A DNA stretch of 64,000 nucleotides from Bilabrum cf. latius (Eukaryota), in assembly GCA_965178125.1 (NCBI GenBank), contig OZ237768.1:62001-126000 (forward strand), written 5' to 3'. The position numbers were made by a program, and so were the translations under genes. Below, in pieces: positions 1-12,000 of the stretch (position 1 is the first letter of the stretch; each line of letters opens with the position of its first letter). Under the pieces are notes generated by a model that was not told the DNA's origin, searched no databases, and was given only the letters and a program-made list of their open reading frames with translations.

Positions 1-3000
1 GCTTTGCAGCTGGCCAGCGGGCCACTGACGGGCTGGGGCAGCTGCACGGCATTCGACTCCACCGGGTGGACGAGGATGCGGGGCTTTGCAGCTGGCCAGC
101 GGGCCACTGACGGGCTGGGGCAGCTGCACGGCATTCGACTCCACCGGGTGCACGAGGATGCGGGGCTTTGCAGCTGGCCAGCGGGCCACTGACGGGCTGG
201 GGCAGCTGCACGGCATTCGACTCCACCGGGTGGACGAGGATGCGGGGCTTTGCAGCTGGCCAGCGGGCCACTGACGGGCTGGGGCAGCTGCACGGCATTC
301 GACTCCACCGGGTGGACGAGGATGCGGGGCTTTGCAGCTGGCCAGCGGGCCACTGATGGGCTGGGGCTGCTGCACGGCATTCGACTCCACCGGGTGCACG
401 AGGCAGCTGCACGGCATTCGACTCCACCGGGTGGACGCGGATGCGGGGCTTTGCAGCTGGCCAGCGGGCCACTGATGGGCTGGGGCTGCTGCACGGCATT
501 CGACTCCACCGGGTGCACGAGGATGCGGGGCTTTGCAGCTGGCCAGCGGGCCACTGATGGGCTGGGGCTGCTGCACGGCATTCGACCCCACCGGGTGCAC
601 GAGGATGCGGGGCTTTGCAGCTGGCCAGCGGGCCACTGATGGGCTGGGGCAGCAGCACGGCATTCGACTCCACCGGGTGGACGAGGATGCGGGGCTTTGC
701 AGCTGGCCAGCGGGCCACTGATGGGCTGGGGCTGCTGCACGGCATTCGACTCCACCGGGTGCACGAGGATGCGGGGCTTTGCAGCTGGCCAGCGGGCCAC
801 TGATGGGCTGGGGCTGCTGCACGGCATTCGACTCCACCGGGTGCACGAGGATGCGGGGCTTTGCAGCTGGCCAGCGGGCCACTGATGGGCTGGGGCAGCT
901 GCACGGCATTCGACTCCACCGGGTGGACGAGGATGCGGGGCTTTGCAGCTGGCCAGCGGGCCACTGACGGGCTGGGGCAGCAGCACGGCATTCGACTCCA
1001 CCGGGTGGACGAGGATGCGGGGCTTTGCAGCTGGCCAGCGGGCCACTGACGGGCTGGGGCTGCTGCACAGCATTCGACTCCACCGGGTGCACGAGGATGC
1101 GGGGCTTTGCAGCTGGCCAGCGGGCCACTGATGGGCTGGGGCAGCTGCACGGCATTCGACTCCACCGGGTGCACGAGGATGCGGGGCTTTGCAGCTGGCC
1201 AGCGGGCCACTGATGGGCTGGGGCAGCTGCACGGCATTCGACTCCACCGGGTGGACGAGGATGCGGGGCTTTGCAGCTGGCCAGCGGGCCACTGACGGGC
1301 TGGGGCAGCTGCACGGCATTCGGCTCCACCGGGTGCACGAGGATGCGGGGCTTTGCAGCTGGCCAGCGGGCCACTGACGGGCTGGGGCTGCTGCACGGCA
1401 TTCGACTCCACCGGGTGCACGAGGATGCGGGGCTTTGCAGCTGGCCAGCGGGCCACTGATGGGCTGGGGCAGCTGCACAGCATTCGACTCCACCGGGTGC
1501 ACGAGGATGCGGGGCTTTGCAGCTGGCCAGCGGGCCACTGATGGGCTGGGGCAGCTGCACGGCATTCGACTCCACCGGGTGCACGAGGATGCGGGGCTTT
1601 GCAGCTGGCCAGCGGGCCACTGATGGGCTGGGGCTGCTGCACGGCATTCGACTCCACCGGGTGGACGAGGATGCGGGGCTTTGCAGCTGGCCAGCGGGCC
1701 ACTGATGGGCTGGGGCAGCTGCACGGCATTCGACTCCACCGGGTGCACGAGGATGCGGGGCTTTGCAGCTGGCCAGCGGGCCACTGACGGGCTGGGGCTG
1801 CTGCACGGCATTCGACTCCACCGGGTGCACGAGGATGCGGGGCTTTGCAGCTGGCCAGCGGGCCACTGACGGGCTGGGGCTGCTGCACGGCATTCGACTC
1901 CACCGGGTGCACGAGGATGCGGGGCTTTGCAGCTGGCCAGCGGGCCACTGATGGGCTGGGGCAGCTGCACGGCATTCGACTCCACCGGGTGCACGAGGAT
2001 GCGGGGCTTTGCAGCTGGCCAGCGGGCCACTGACGGGCTGGGGCAGCAGCACGGCATTCGACTCCACCGGGTGGACGAGGATGCGGGGCTTTGCAGCTGG
2101 CCAGCGGGCCACTGATGGGCTGGGGCAGCACCACGGCATTCGACTCCACCGGGTGGACGAGGATGCGGGGCTTTGCAGCTGGCCAGCGGGCCACTGACGG
2201 GCTGGGGCAGCTGCACGGCATTCGACTCTACCGGGTGGACGCGGATGCGGGGCTTTGCAGCTGGCCAGCGGGCCACTGACGGGCTGGGGCAGCAGCACGG
2301 CATTCGACTCCACCGGGTGGACGAGGATGCGGGGCTTTGCAGCTGGCCAGCGGGCCACTGACGGGCTGGGGCTGCTGCACGGCATTCGACTCCACCGGGT
2401 GCACGAGGATGCGGGGCTTTGCAGCTGGCCAGCGGGCCACTGACGGGCTGGGGCAGCAGCACGGCATTCGACTCCACCGGGTGCACGAGGATGCGGGGCT
2501 TTGCAGCTGGCCAGCGGGCCACTGATGGGCTGGGGCAGCAGCACGGCATTCGACTCCACCGGGTGCACGAGGATGCGGGGCTTTGCAGCTGGCCAGCGGG
2601 CCACTGATGGGCTGGGGCTGCTGCACGGCATTCGACTCCACCGGGTGGACGAGGATGCGGGGCTTTGCAGCTGGCCAGCGGGCCACTGACGGGCTGGGGC
2701 AGCAGCACGGCATTCGACTCCACCGGGTGCACGAGGATGCGGGGCTTTGCAGCTGGCCAGCGGGCCACTGATGGGCTGGGGCAGCTGCACGGCATTCGAC
2801 TCCACCGGGTGCACGAGGATGCGGGGCTTTGCAGCTGGCCAGCAGGCCAATGACGGGCTGGGGCTGCTGCACGGCATTCGACTCCACCGGGTGCACGAGG
2901 ATGCGGGGCTTTGCAGCTGGCCAGCGGGCCACTGACGGGCTGGGGCTGCTGCACGGCATTCGACTCCACCGGGTGGACGAGGATGCGGGGCTTTGCAGCT

Positions 3001-3015
3001 GGCCAGCGGGCCACT
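1..3015. repeat. 82-bp tandem satellite array, ~36 copies, truncated by the window start
   Basis: Unit GCTTTGCAGCTGGCCAGCGGGCCACTGAYGGGCTGGGGCWGCWGCACGGCATTCGACTCCACCGGGTGSACGAGGATGCGGG recurs every 82 nt (ORF-track starts 4, 86, 168, 250...). One 37-bp partial duplication lies at ~403-439. The array ends at ...GGGCCACT 3015. Confidence 0.97.
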
Positions 3016-3232
3016 ATCGGCCTGGATGCTGTCGGAGGACCGACGTGACGGAGCAGAGGCGTGCGTAGGCAGTTTATGAGTGCATGGCCTAGGAGCTGCT
3101 ATGTTGTAGAGTGGATGCCTATTTGTTCGGCACAGAGATGAAGGCAGAGATAAAGACGGAGCAAGGTTGCCATAGCCCCCCCGGCTCGAGACCAGACCCC
3201 GGGGGGGCTTAATATGATCCTCAACACTTGTC

Positions 3233-5845
3233 TCAACCAAACCCACCTTCGTCCTCGCCAGGAAGCCCATAGACCGGCGGGCGGCCATCATTGCCAACGA
3301 ATCTCTTCTGATATGCTTTACCAGCCCCCCTACTGGCTTTTCGCCGAGCAAGATGACGCTACCCTTCGCCATGACCCCCGCTTGCCCTGCGCTCTGCCCC
3401 GCCAGCGCCTTCAGAAACCAGGCCCCCGCTGGCCACTTCGGCCGCCGCCCCCAGCAGATTCCCCAGGAGATCCCTTCCCAGGCCAGCCTTCTCGTAGTGG
3501 TGCATCCCCACCCCGGTTGCAACGGCTGCAGCGCACTGCCGCACGCTCTCCCACGCCGCAGCCCGCCCCTCCCCCGAGCCCTCCGCCCACACGGCGCACA
3601 TCCCGGCTGCGCCCAGAGGGACAGGAGATGCAGCCAGCGCGCCGCCGGGCGCACCCTCCCCGCCTTGCAGTGCAGTGCAGCCCGCCGCCCACGGCCCCGC
3701 CACCTCCTGCAGCTCCGCTCGGCCCACTCCCCGGAGGGTGAGCAGCGAGCCGGCCGATGAGGGCGCATCGCCATATGCAGCACCCGCGTCACCTGCGTGC
3801 CTCGCCAGCTCCAGAGCGAACGTTCGTCGAGACAGCGAAGCCAGTGAATCCCCCTGGGAGGGATCCGCGGGAATAGACCGCAGCTCGCGCAGAGCCGCCA
3901 GCGAGGCGCCAGGGGCCGAGCCAGGGGCAGCTCCCAATCGAGCCAACGGGGCCTCGGGGGAGGTCGGGACTAGCGGAACCTCGCGCGCGGCGCCCCTCCC
4001 CGGATCCGCCCGCATGGCAGCGATGGCCCGTGGCAGTTTGCCCCCCTCCGCACCGGCGCTCCCCCCGTCCTCCAAGGTGCTCCCTCTGGCCTTCACGCCA
4101 GTGCACGGTAGCAGCACACCGCACAGACGGGCACAGGCCACCTCGTTCATCTGGGACAGGGTGACACCCCACCGCCGCGCCGAGAGCCCCTCGCCCCTAG
4201 GCCCCCCTGCCCCGCCCGCCCCCCCCCTCCTCCTCCTCGCCGCACTGGCCGCACCCGCGGAGGACTCGGCCGCCGCATCCGCCAGCTCGTCGTTCCGCAG
4301 CATCACAACTGCATCGGAGGCCAGGCAGGAGGCACCCAGGCTCAGTGCCGCGTTGGTGTGCTGCACCGCCGTCTCCCCACCATCCAGCGGCCACACGATC
4401 ACGCTCGCGATGGGCACGCTGGGGTAGGCAGCTCGCAGCGCCCCCGCCACCAGTGGGCCCATCCCTGACCCTGTGCCCCCGGCGGCGCTGTGGAGCACCA
4501 AAAAGCCGCCGCACCCGCCCCCCTCCGCTCCCGCTGCCCCTGCCCCTGCCCCTCCTGACCCTGCAGTGCCCTGCACCTTAAGCCACCCAGCCCGCCCTTC
4601 CTCCTCCTCGTCCTCCTAGCCCCTCTCCTGCAGCCCCGCAGCGACGCCCCCAGCCGCGCTGACCTCCCGCTCCACGCACTCCATCACCGCGGGGAGCAGT
4701 AGCGGTCCCACGGACAAGTGCCCCTGCGCCCAGTTATTCGAACACCCTAGCCAGCCACGCCCACGCCCACGCCCCCACCCCCGTCCGCGCCCGCTCCCCT
4801 CGCCCCCAGCACCCACCCCCGCCGCCTCAGCAATGGTAGGTGCACCTGCCCCGGTGCCGCCGGAGCTCGCCCCCCTGCCACCTGCGCCGCGAGTACCCCC
4901 CGCCGCGTGGGGCGCAAACCGCCAAGCCGGGCTGCTGCGCAACCTACGCGCGGCGCCGCTTGCCGCTCTTGTAGCGTACTCGATCGCCTGGCGGAGCCGC
5001 TGTTCTGCGGTCTGCTTGCGCCGATCCGCCGCCGATATTCGACCAGGGGCAGCGTAAGCGGCGGATTCCTGCAGCTGAGCACCGCCAGAACCGGAACCGG
5101 AACCAGGGCGTCTCTCTCCTGCCCCGCCTTTGGGCGCGCACCTGCTGCCCAACGACCCTCCTCGCCTGGACGCTCCACCAATTGTGTGTCCCGGCCGTGT
5201 ACTGGGCCCCCTTGCCATCCTACCCACGCTGCTCCTGTCAGTGCCCCTTCCACTCCGCCTTCCCCTGCCTCTGCCAGCACCTCGTTGTCGCGGCACAGAA
5301 GGTTTGCGACCACTGCGGTGCCCGCCTTCCTCGTGATGCCCGCCCCTCCTTCCAGAGGGTAGTCCTCTCGATACACCCGATGCTATCGGCTCACTGGGCT
5401 CCTCAACTTCCACCTCCTCTGGCCGCATGGCCTGTTCGGCCGCCTCGACGGCTGCCTGAGCAACCCTCCTTCGCACTACCACGCTCTGCCTGCGCTGCTC
5501 TTCGACCACTGAAGCAACCACTCTAGGTTCTGAATCTACTAGAATTGCACGCGCGAGCAGGTCTGGTGCGTTGTCGTTCGCTATCTCGCGCAGTTTCCTG
5601 GACAGTGCCTCTTGCTCTGCAGACAGCGGCTCATCGGGCTCACCCGGGCGCGGGGCCGGGGCCACCCATGGCCGCAGCCGCGCCCTCCGAAAGAAACGAT
5701 TCTCAGCCACAGCGGCAGATCGGGGACTCGAGTCTCTTGCCGCAGCAGCGCTGCGAGCAAGCGCGTTCAAAAGCTGGGTGCCAAGCTGGTTGCCGCATTG
5801 TCCAACCATTACTGTGATAACACATGTCGACGCTAGATCCGCCAT
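3233..5845 (-). CDS. TUBD1: Delta-tubulin with long low-complexity insertions (~870 aa when TAG is read as sense)
   Basis: Motifs VITVMVGQCGNQLG, ARAILVDSEPRV, NNWAQG, LHSAAGGTGSGMG, VWPLDGGETAVQHTN and C-terminal MHHYEKAG match delta-tubulin. ORFs 4616-5845 and 3359-4576 are in the same frame, joined through TAG at 4616-4618. A second TAG lies at 3359-3361 and the first TGA at 3233-3235. Confidence 0.88.
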
Positions 5846-6019
5846 GATTTCAAAACTAAACTTAGACCAGCAAACATAAAAAGCACATCATATTAGCGCC
5901 ACGATGCTGGATAGTTCGGCCCGAGTTGCAGTTGTCATTGTAGCGTGCATTCCAGTCTTGGCTGAACCGATTCTATGATTTGAGTCTTCGCGTGCTCCGC
6001 ACTAGCCCTCTTGGGCAGC

Positions 6020-9000
6020 ATGTCTGCTTCTGTTGGCGCCCACATAGATATTACTGTTGCTGCAATCAGACATGCCGAGCTTTCGGGGCCTTCCGGCCGG
6101 ACATCTAGGCGGATGGGGGTCCATCATGTGACAAGCGCTATCGAACGCCTGTCAAAAGCCCACAAGCTTTCCGATCGGGATGTTCAAGGAGCATTCAGCC
6201 TTGTGTTAGAATTATCAAACATGGTGGAACCAGACTGGTACGTAAAACTGGAAAAGTACCGCGCAAATCTGGTAAGTCAGGCTTTGGCATCGCCCGCAAA
6301 GGTTCGCATTGTAGTTGCAGCCGCCGCTACAATTCATGTGTATTGTATCTTGCCTTGGCTCTGCTTTTGCAGGTGCGCTCCCCCGAACGACTTCGCCACA
6401 GGGCTCGATCGATGACCCCACTTTCGCCTGCGCTTGGGGATGGTACGCCAGATTTGGCCCGCAGTAGCAAAGCAAAATCGCGACCAAGGTCTGCTAGAAA
6501 CCGCTATGATGACTCAAGCATAGCGTCTGAAGCTGGATCTGATTGGGGCGCACCGGAAGTCACTGAAGCCCACGATGTCGGGATGGATGCGCATTCGCGG
6601 CACCGAGCAAGTGCTCCATTCCGGGCGGGTCTTCCTCGCCCCGCCCTGCTCGAGTCAAATATCCCCGGCATGATGCTTGGGCTCCCGCCCGCCCCTCACG
6701 GCCCCAGCACTGTGGCGTCCTCTTCGCCCCGAGGCTCGCCCCACCGAGCCACGGCGCCTGCCTCGGCCCCCCGAGGCCAGCATCAGCTCGAGGGTCGTCA
6801 GCGAGGAAGTCGGAGTCACAGGGGCTGGACCCAGCGGCGCAAATCTAGCAGGTTGCAAGGGGATGAATCTCCTAGTGATTTGGGTTCTCAGGTTTCAGGT
6901 GCAGGCGAGGAGGAGTCAAAGGCAAGCACCAGCGGGGGGGGCAGCGGTGCAAGCGAGGAGGAGGGGTTGGGTGTGGGTGTGGGTGTGGGTGCGGGCGTGG
7001 GCGTGGGCGTGGGCGGCCCGGAGGTTGCGGTGAGTGGTGGTAGATTGGCCAGGAGCAGCAGCGGGAGACGAAGAAAGGAAGGCAGCAGGAGAGGCAGCAG
7101 TGGCAGGGCAGGGCGCTCCCAGAAGGCACGTCTCAGGCAGTACGGCAAGTCTGCTTCATCCACGGGGAAGTTGAGGGGCAGCACTGGCAGGGGCAGGATG
7201 CAAGGTATGGATGGCCTTAATGCGCAGGGGCGGCGTGGTTAGGGCAGGACAGGGCGCAATCGCCCTGATGCTGTGCAACAGAACGAGTCTAAGCGAATCG
7301 AGAGGCGAAGACGGACAGGGGGCAAGCGTGGCACCTCGACTGCTGGTCGTGCCGGTGCTGCCGGCTCGGTGGCGACCGGTGACCTGCTTCGAGAGATTGG
7401 TATGACGAGTGGGTCAGGTGCAGGCAGCAAGGCAGTCCACTCAGACGACAGCGCTGGCATCGAGCACGCGATGCGGCAGGGGCTGTCCCCGGGCCGCCTC
7501 GGGCTGGCAGTGACACCGGCTGGAAGCAGGCCCCAGTCCTCGCCTGGGTCCGCGGACGAGGGGGCGGGGCAACAGGCCGGTGATGGCAGTGCAAAACATG
7601 AGGATGACGAGCACAAGCGATACCCAGACAGGGCGTTCGGGTGGTTTTGCGACATGTCGCTGTGCTTCAGGTACTGGAGACACGCGGTGAGGGCTCGCAA
7701 GGTGCATCGACAGCGGGCTAGAGAGAGGCTGCAGCGGGCTTCGGAGCTAGCCAGGCAGTCGGAGAGGGCCAAACAGTTGCGGGCTGGGTTTGAGGCCTTG
7801 CGAGCGCAGGCGGGTGAATCGAAGATGCCGAGGGTGCCGCACCCCGGCTTGGTGCGAGCTGTGTGGAAATGGATCGCAGTGGCAGTGCCCGAGGGTGGGG
7901 TGAGACGCACTTAGCTTGGTCACTGGTACGGTCCAGGGGACAGCGAGAGGGCGGATGGTCGCGTTGGTGACACGAGTGATGACACCGACAGCCGGTCGAG
8001 AGATGCCGCAGCAGCGCAGCCCGACTGGCACGTACCCGCTGAGGCCCTGCAGCAGGACGAGAGAGAGACAGTGGTGCGCAGCATCGTGGACGGGGATCCT
8101 GTCGGCGATTCGATGGGCTGGAGCAGAGGTAGTAGCGGGGTGCAGGGCGTGCTGCACGGAAAAGATGGGAAGAGGGTGCGTGCAGGAGCTGCATCAGCCT
8201 CTGGGTCTTGGTCTGCATCCTCGACGCACAGCCCCCTTCGACTGGCCCGCATGGCCATGGGCCAACGACCACGGAATTCAAGCGGCGGCACCACACCAGG
8301 ACCGAATGCTGAACAGCCGCATGTCTAGGCAGAAAGCGCAACCTCGATGCGAGCAGATCCGGATGGGCTAGCTGGCGCCCAGCCCAGACGGCGGCTCTAC
8401 GTCCTGCGGCGAGTGCAGCCGCCTGCCTTCCCGCGCAGCCGTATGCGGCGGTTCGATGCGGCCACTTCTGTCGCAGACGCAGCTATCTTGCTGCAGGCTT
8501 GGCGAGCTCTGCGGGCATCTGCCCTGGAGAGGAGGCGCGAGGAGGACAGGGACCGCGCCAGGGAACAAGCTACCCTGCAGAAGGCCGCGCTGATGTTTCG
8601 CGCGATGGGCGCTGCACGGGCCATCCGCACCTGGCGCGCATTTGCAGCTCCCAGGGCCAGGGTGCGGCAGGTTCTGGACGTGGCTGTGTCTCGGCTGGGA
8701 GCCAGGAGGTTGCAAGGTGGCTGGGAGCGGCTGAGGTCGCACGCACTGGCGCGCAGGCACGAGCGGAGGTCCATGTCAGTCGCCTCTCGGTAGTGGCGAG
8801 ACCGTCGGCAGGAGGAGGCGCTTAGGGGTTGGCTAGCGTGGGCTTCTGGTAGGGCCAGGCTGCGAGCGATTCGGGATCAGGTGCGTACCCGGCGCGCGGT
8901 AGGTGGCATCCTTGGGGCTCTTGGGAGGTGGAGAAAGTGGGCCGGAGACAGGCGCAGGGTGAGGCAGGCTGCCCGTGCCTTCCGGTGGCGGACGGTCAGC

Positions 9001-12000
9001 GGGAAGTGCCAAGAGGCTGTGGACAGGCTGCGAGAGCACGCGGCCCGGAGGAGGTGGAGGCGAGCGGCCGGACGACGGGCAGCACATTTTGGAGGTAGGC
9101 TCGCCTTGCGGCTTGCGTTGGCTCGGTGGCAAGCAGGGAAAGGGGCCGTGCAAGCAGAACGACGCGCCCGCATGCAGCGCGTGGTGGGGGCACTGCTCCA
9201 CGGCCGGGTCCGGAGGGGGCTGGTGCGTTGGAGAGAGTTCCTGCAGCAGAGGCAGCGCGGACGTGCCATGCTGCGGCGGGCCATCGCGGTGATGCAGGGG
9301 CGACAGGTGGCAGGGGCAATCCACCAGTGGAGGGGACTCGTGTCAGCCCGGCAGACCGACCGAGCCAAGCTGTAGAGAGCGGTTCGTCAGATGCGGCACG
9401 GAAGTGTTGGTCGGGGGCTCCGGTCCTGGGTGGCGTGGATGCAGGCTAGGAAGCAGGCCCGTGAACGCATGCGATCCGTTGCTCGCCGGCTCTTTGGGCG
9501 CCAGCAGGCTCGAGCCATTGCGAGGTGGCGCGAGTTTGTGAGCGCTCGGCAGCATGCGCGGGAGTCTATGCAGCGAGTTGTGCGTCGGATGCAGGGAGCG
9601 AGGGCGGGCCGGGCGCTGCGGACCTGGGTGTCCTGGGTGGAGGATAGGCGCGAGGGCAGAGAGCGCATGAGGGGCTGCGTGCGGCGCATGCAGATGCAGA
9701 GACAGGCAGCCGCGGTGGAGTGCTGGCGGGAGTTCGTGGACAGGCGGCACGTGGTACGGGAGCAGATGCGGGGGGTCATCGCTCGGTTGACGCTTGCGGG
9801 GGCGGGGCGGGCGCTCCGCCGGTTGCAGGAGCACGCGAGGGAGCGAGCGGCAGGGAGGGAGCGTCTGCGAGGCTGCATCGTCGAGCTGAGGAGCAGCGGC
9901 GCGAGGCGTGCGCTGCGGACCTGGGTGTCGTGGATGAACGCACGGCAGCAGGTGCGGGAGCAAATGCGCGGCGTGGTGGTGCGCATGTAGTTCGGGGCGG
10001 CCGGTCGCGCGCTGCGGACCTGGGTGTCGTGGATGAACGCACGGCAGCAGGTGCGGGAGCAAATGCGCGGCGTGGTGCTGCGCATGCAGTTCGGGGCGGC
10101 CGGTCGCGCGCTGCGGACCTGGGTTGGGTGGGTGCAGGATAGGCGAAGTAGGGTGCAGCGCGTGCAGCACGTCATGCACAGGTGGGCGCGCATGGGGGAG
10201 GCCAGAGCCCTCCGGCAGTGGGTGCAGTGGGCAAGGGAGCGGGCGGAGCGGCGGGCCATCATGCGGGCGGTTGCAACCAGGTGGCAGGCAGGCAAGCTGG
10301 GCGCTGGCTGGCGGTCCCTGCGAGAGCATGCCCTCCGGAGAAGGGAGCAGCGAGCGCTCTTGCGGAGGTGCGCAGCTCGGTGGGCCCATCAGAGCGTGGG
10401 GCGTGCGCTGCGCAAGCTTAGGGACCGAGCGAGGGCCCGCAGGTCCATTCGAGAGACAGCGGCCAGGGCGGCTGCCGCCTCTGGATAGGTGCAGGTGCGG
10501 CGAGCGATCCGAGTTTGGAGGGAGGCGGCGGCACGGCTGGGGCAGCAGAAGCAGGAGCGGCGAGCCGCGATGCGGCGCGCGGCCGCAGTGTGGCACTCCA
10601 AGGAGCAAAAGCTGCGGGTGCAGTGCTTCGATGCCCTCAAATCGCACTGGGGAAGGGAGAGAGAGCGGACCGCTGACATCGAGGAGAGGGTGCAGGAGCA
10701 CGCGAGGCGCCGCTTGAAGAACCGCGTGCTCCCACGGTGGTCTGCCTTCGTGCAGCAGAAGTAGAGCATGAGGCGGGCCGTGCAGGCGTTTGCGCGCAGC
10801 TCGGAGCACAGGGCACTCGTCACATGGAGAGCCTTCACGCAGGGCCGACAGCGCCACCGTGCCACGATGCTGGGAGCCGTGAGGAGGTGGCAGTCATAGG
10901 GGCTGGCCCGTGCTGTGGCGCAGTGGCGGCAGCATGCGGCTGATTCCAAGGGCACAAGGACCCGCATGCAGGTGGTGGTGCGCCGGCTTAGGAGCAGCGC
11001 ATCTTTGAGAGCCCTCAACCAATGGCGGGCGTGGGCCGGGGAGCGGTCGGAGATCCGCACCAAGCTTCATAGGGCGGTCCGTGGGATGCAACACGCGAGC
11101 GTTGGTCGGGGACTCCGGTCCTGGGTGGCGTGGATGCAGGCAAGGAAGCAGGCCCGCTCCACCAGGGCCCAGCAGCTGGAGCAGATGAGGAAGGTGCTGC
11201 CCGTGTGGAACAGCAGGCGGCTAGCGTCCGCCTGGCGCTCCTGGCAGGCGCTTTTGGCGGAGGCAGAGCGCAGGAGACATGCCATGAGGCCGGTCATACT
11301 GCGACTAAAGGGCATGCGTACAGGCAGGGCGCTGAGGTCATGGCGCCAGTGGACGGCTGGGCGGCGGGACGCAAAGCATGTGATGCGGCGGGCGGTGCTG
11401 GCCATGCAGAACGTGGGCCTGTCGCGGGCGCTCCGGAGGCTGAGGGAACACGCAGGGGCCAGGCAGGAGGGCAAGGCGATGATGGAGGCAGTCCTGAGGC
11501 GATTGCGGGTGGGCAAAGCGGCTGCAGCCCTTCGCACGTGGCGAGCGTTTGCAAGCGGCCAGAGTAGCCGCAAAGAGGCAGGCAGGCGGGTGCTGGCGCG
11601 GTGGCGGCACCAGGGGCTGGCTCGAGCAGTGTCCAGCTGGCGCGGCTGGCTGGAAGAGCGCCAGCAGCAGCGCGCCACCATGCACCGCGTGCTGGCTGCA
11701 CTTCGGATGTCCAGTGTGAAGCGGGCCATCGGGAGCTGGAGGGCCATGGTGGTAGAGCGGAGGCGGCTGTCAGGGGCAGCAGAGCGGGTGGTTCTATCGA
11801 TGCGACGAGCAGGAGAGCTTCGGGCTGTCAGGTAGTGGCGCGGATGGGCGGCAGCACAGCGCGGAAGGCAGGCCATCGACGCGGCGGCGGACCAGCACTG
11901 GTGGCTATTCAAGGCCTCTGCCGCTCTGAGGCTGTGGAGAGATTGGTACATCACGCGGCAGCGTGGAAGAGCCGTGGTTGAGTACCTCGGTACTCGCAGG

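Noticed and set aside
1-3015. CRISPR array
   Set aside because: The whole 82-bp unit repeats with no unique spacers, no cas genes are present, and the context is eukaryotic.
4-3068. The 62-aa ORF series, and the minus strand of the satellite that is stop-free once TAG is sense
   Set aside because: The unit length of 82 is not a multiple of 3, so frames cycle each unit, and a 37-bp insertion is tolerated. Openness is expected in a GC-rich repeat.
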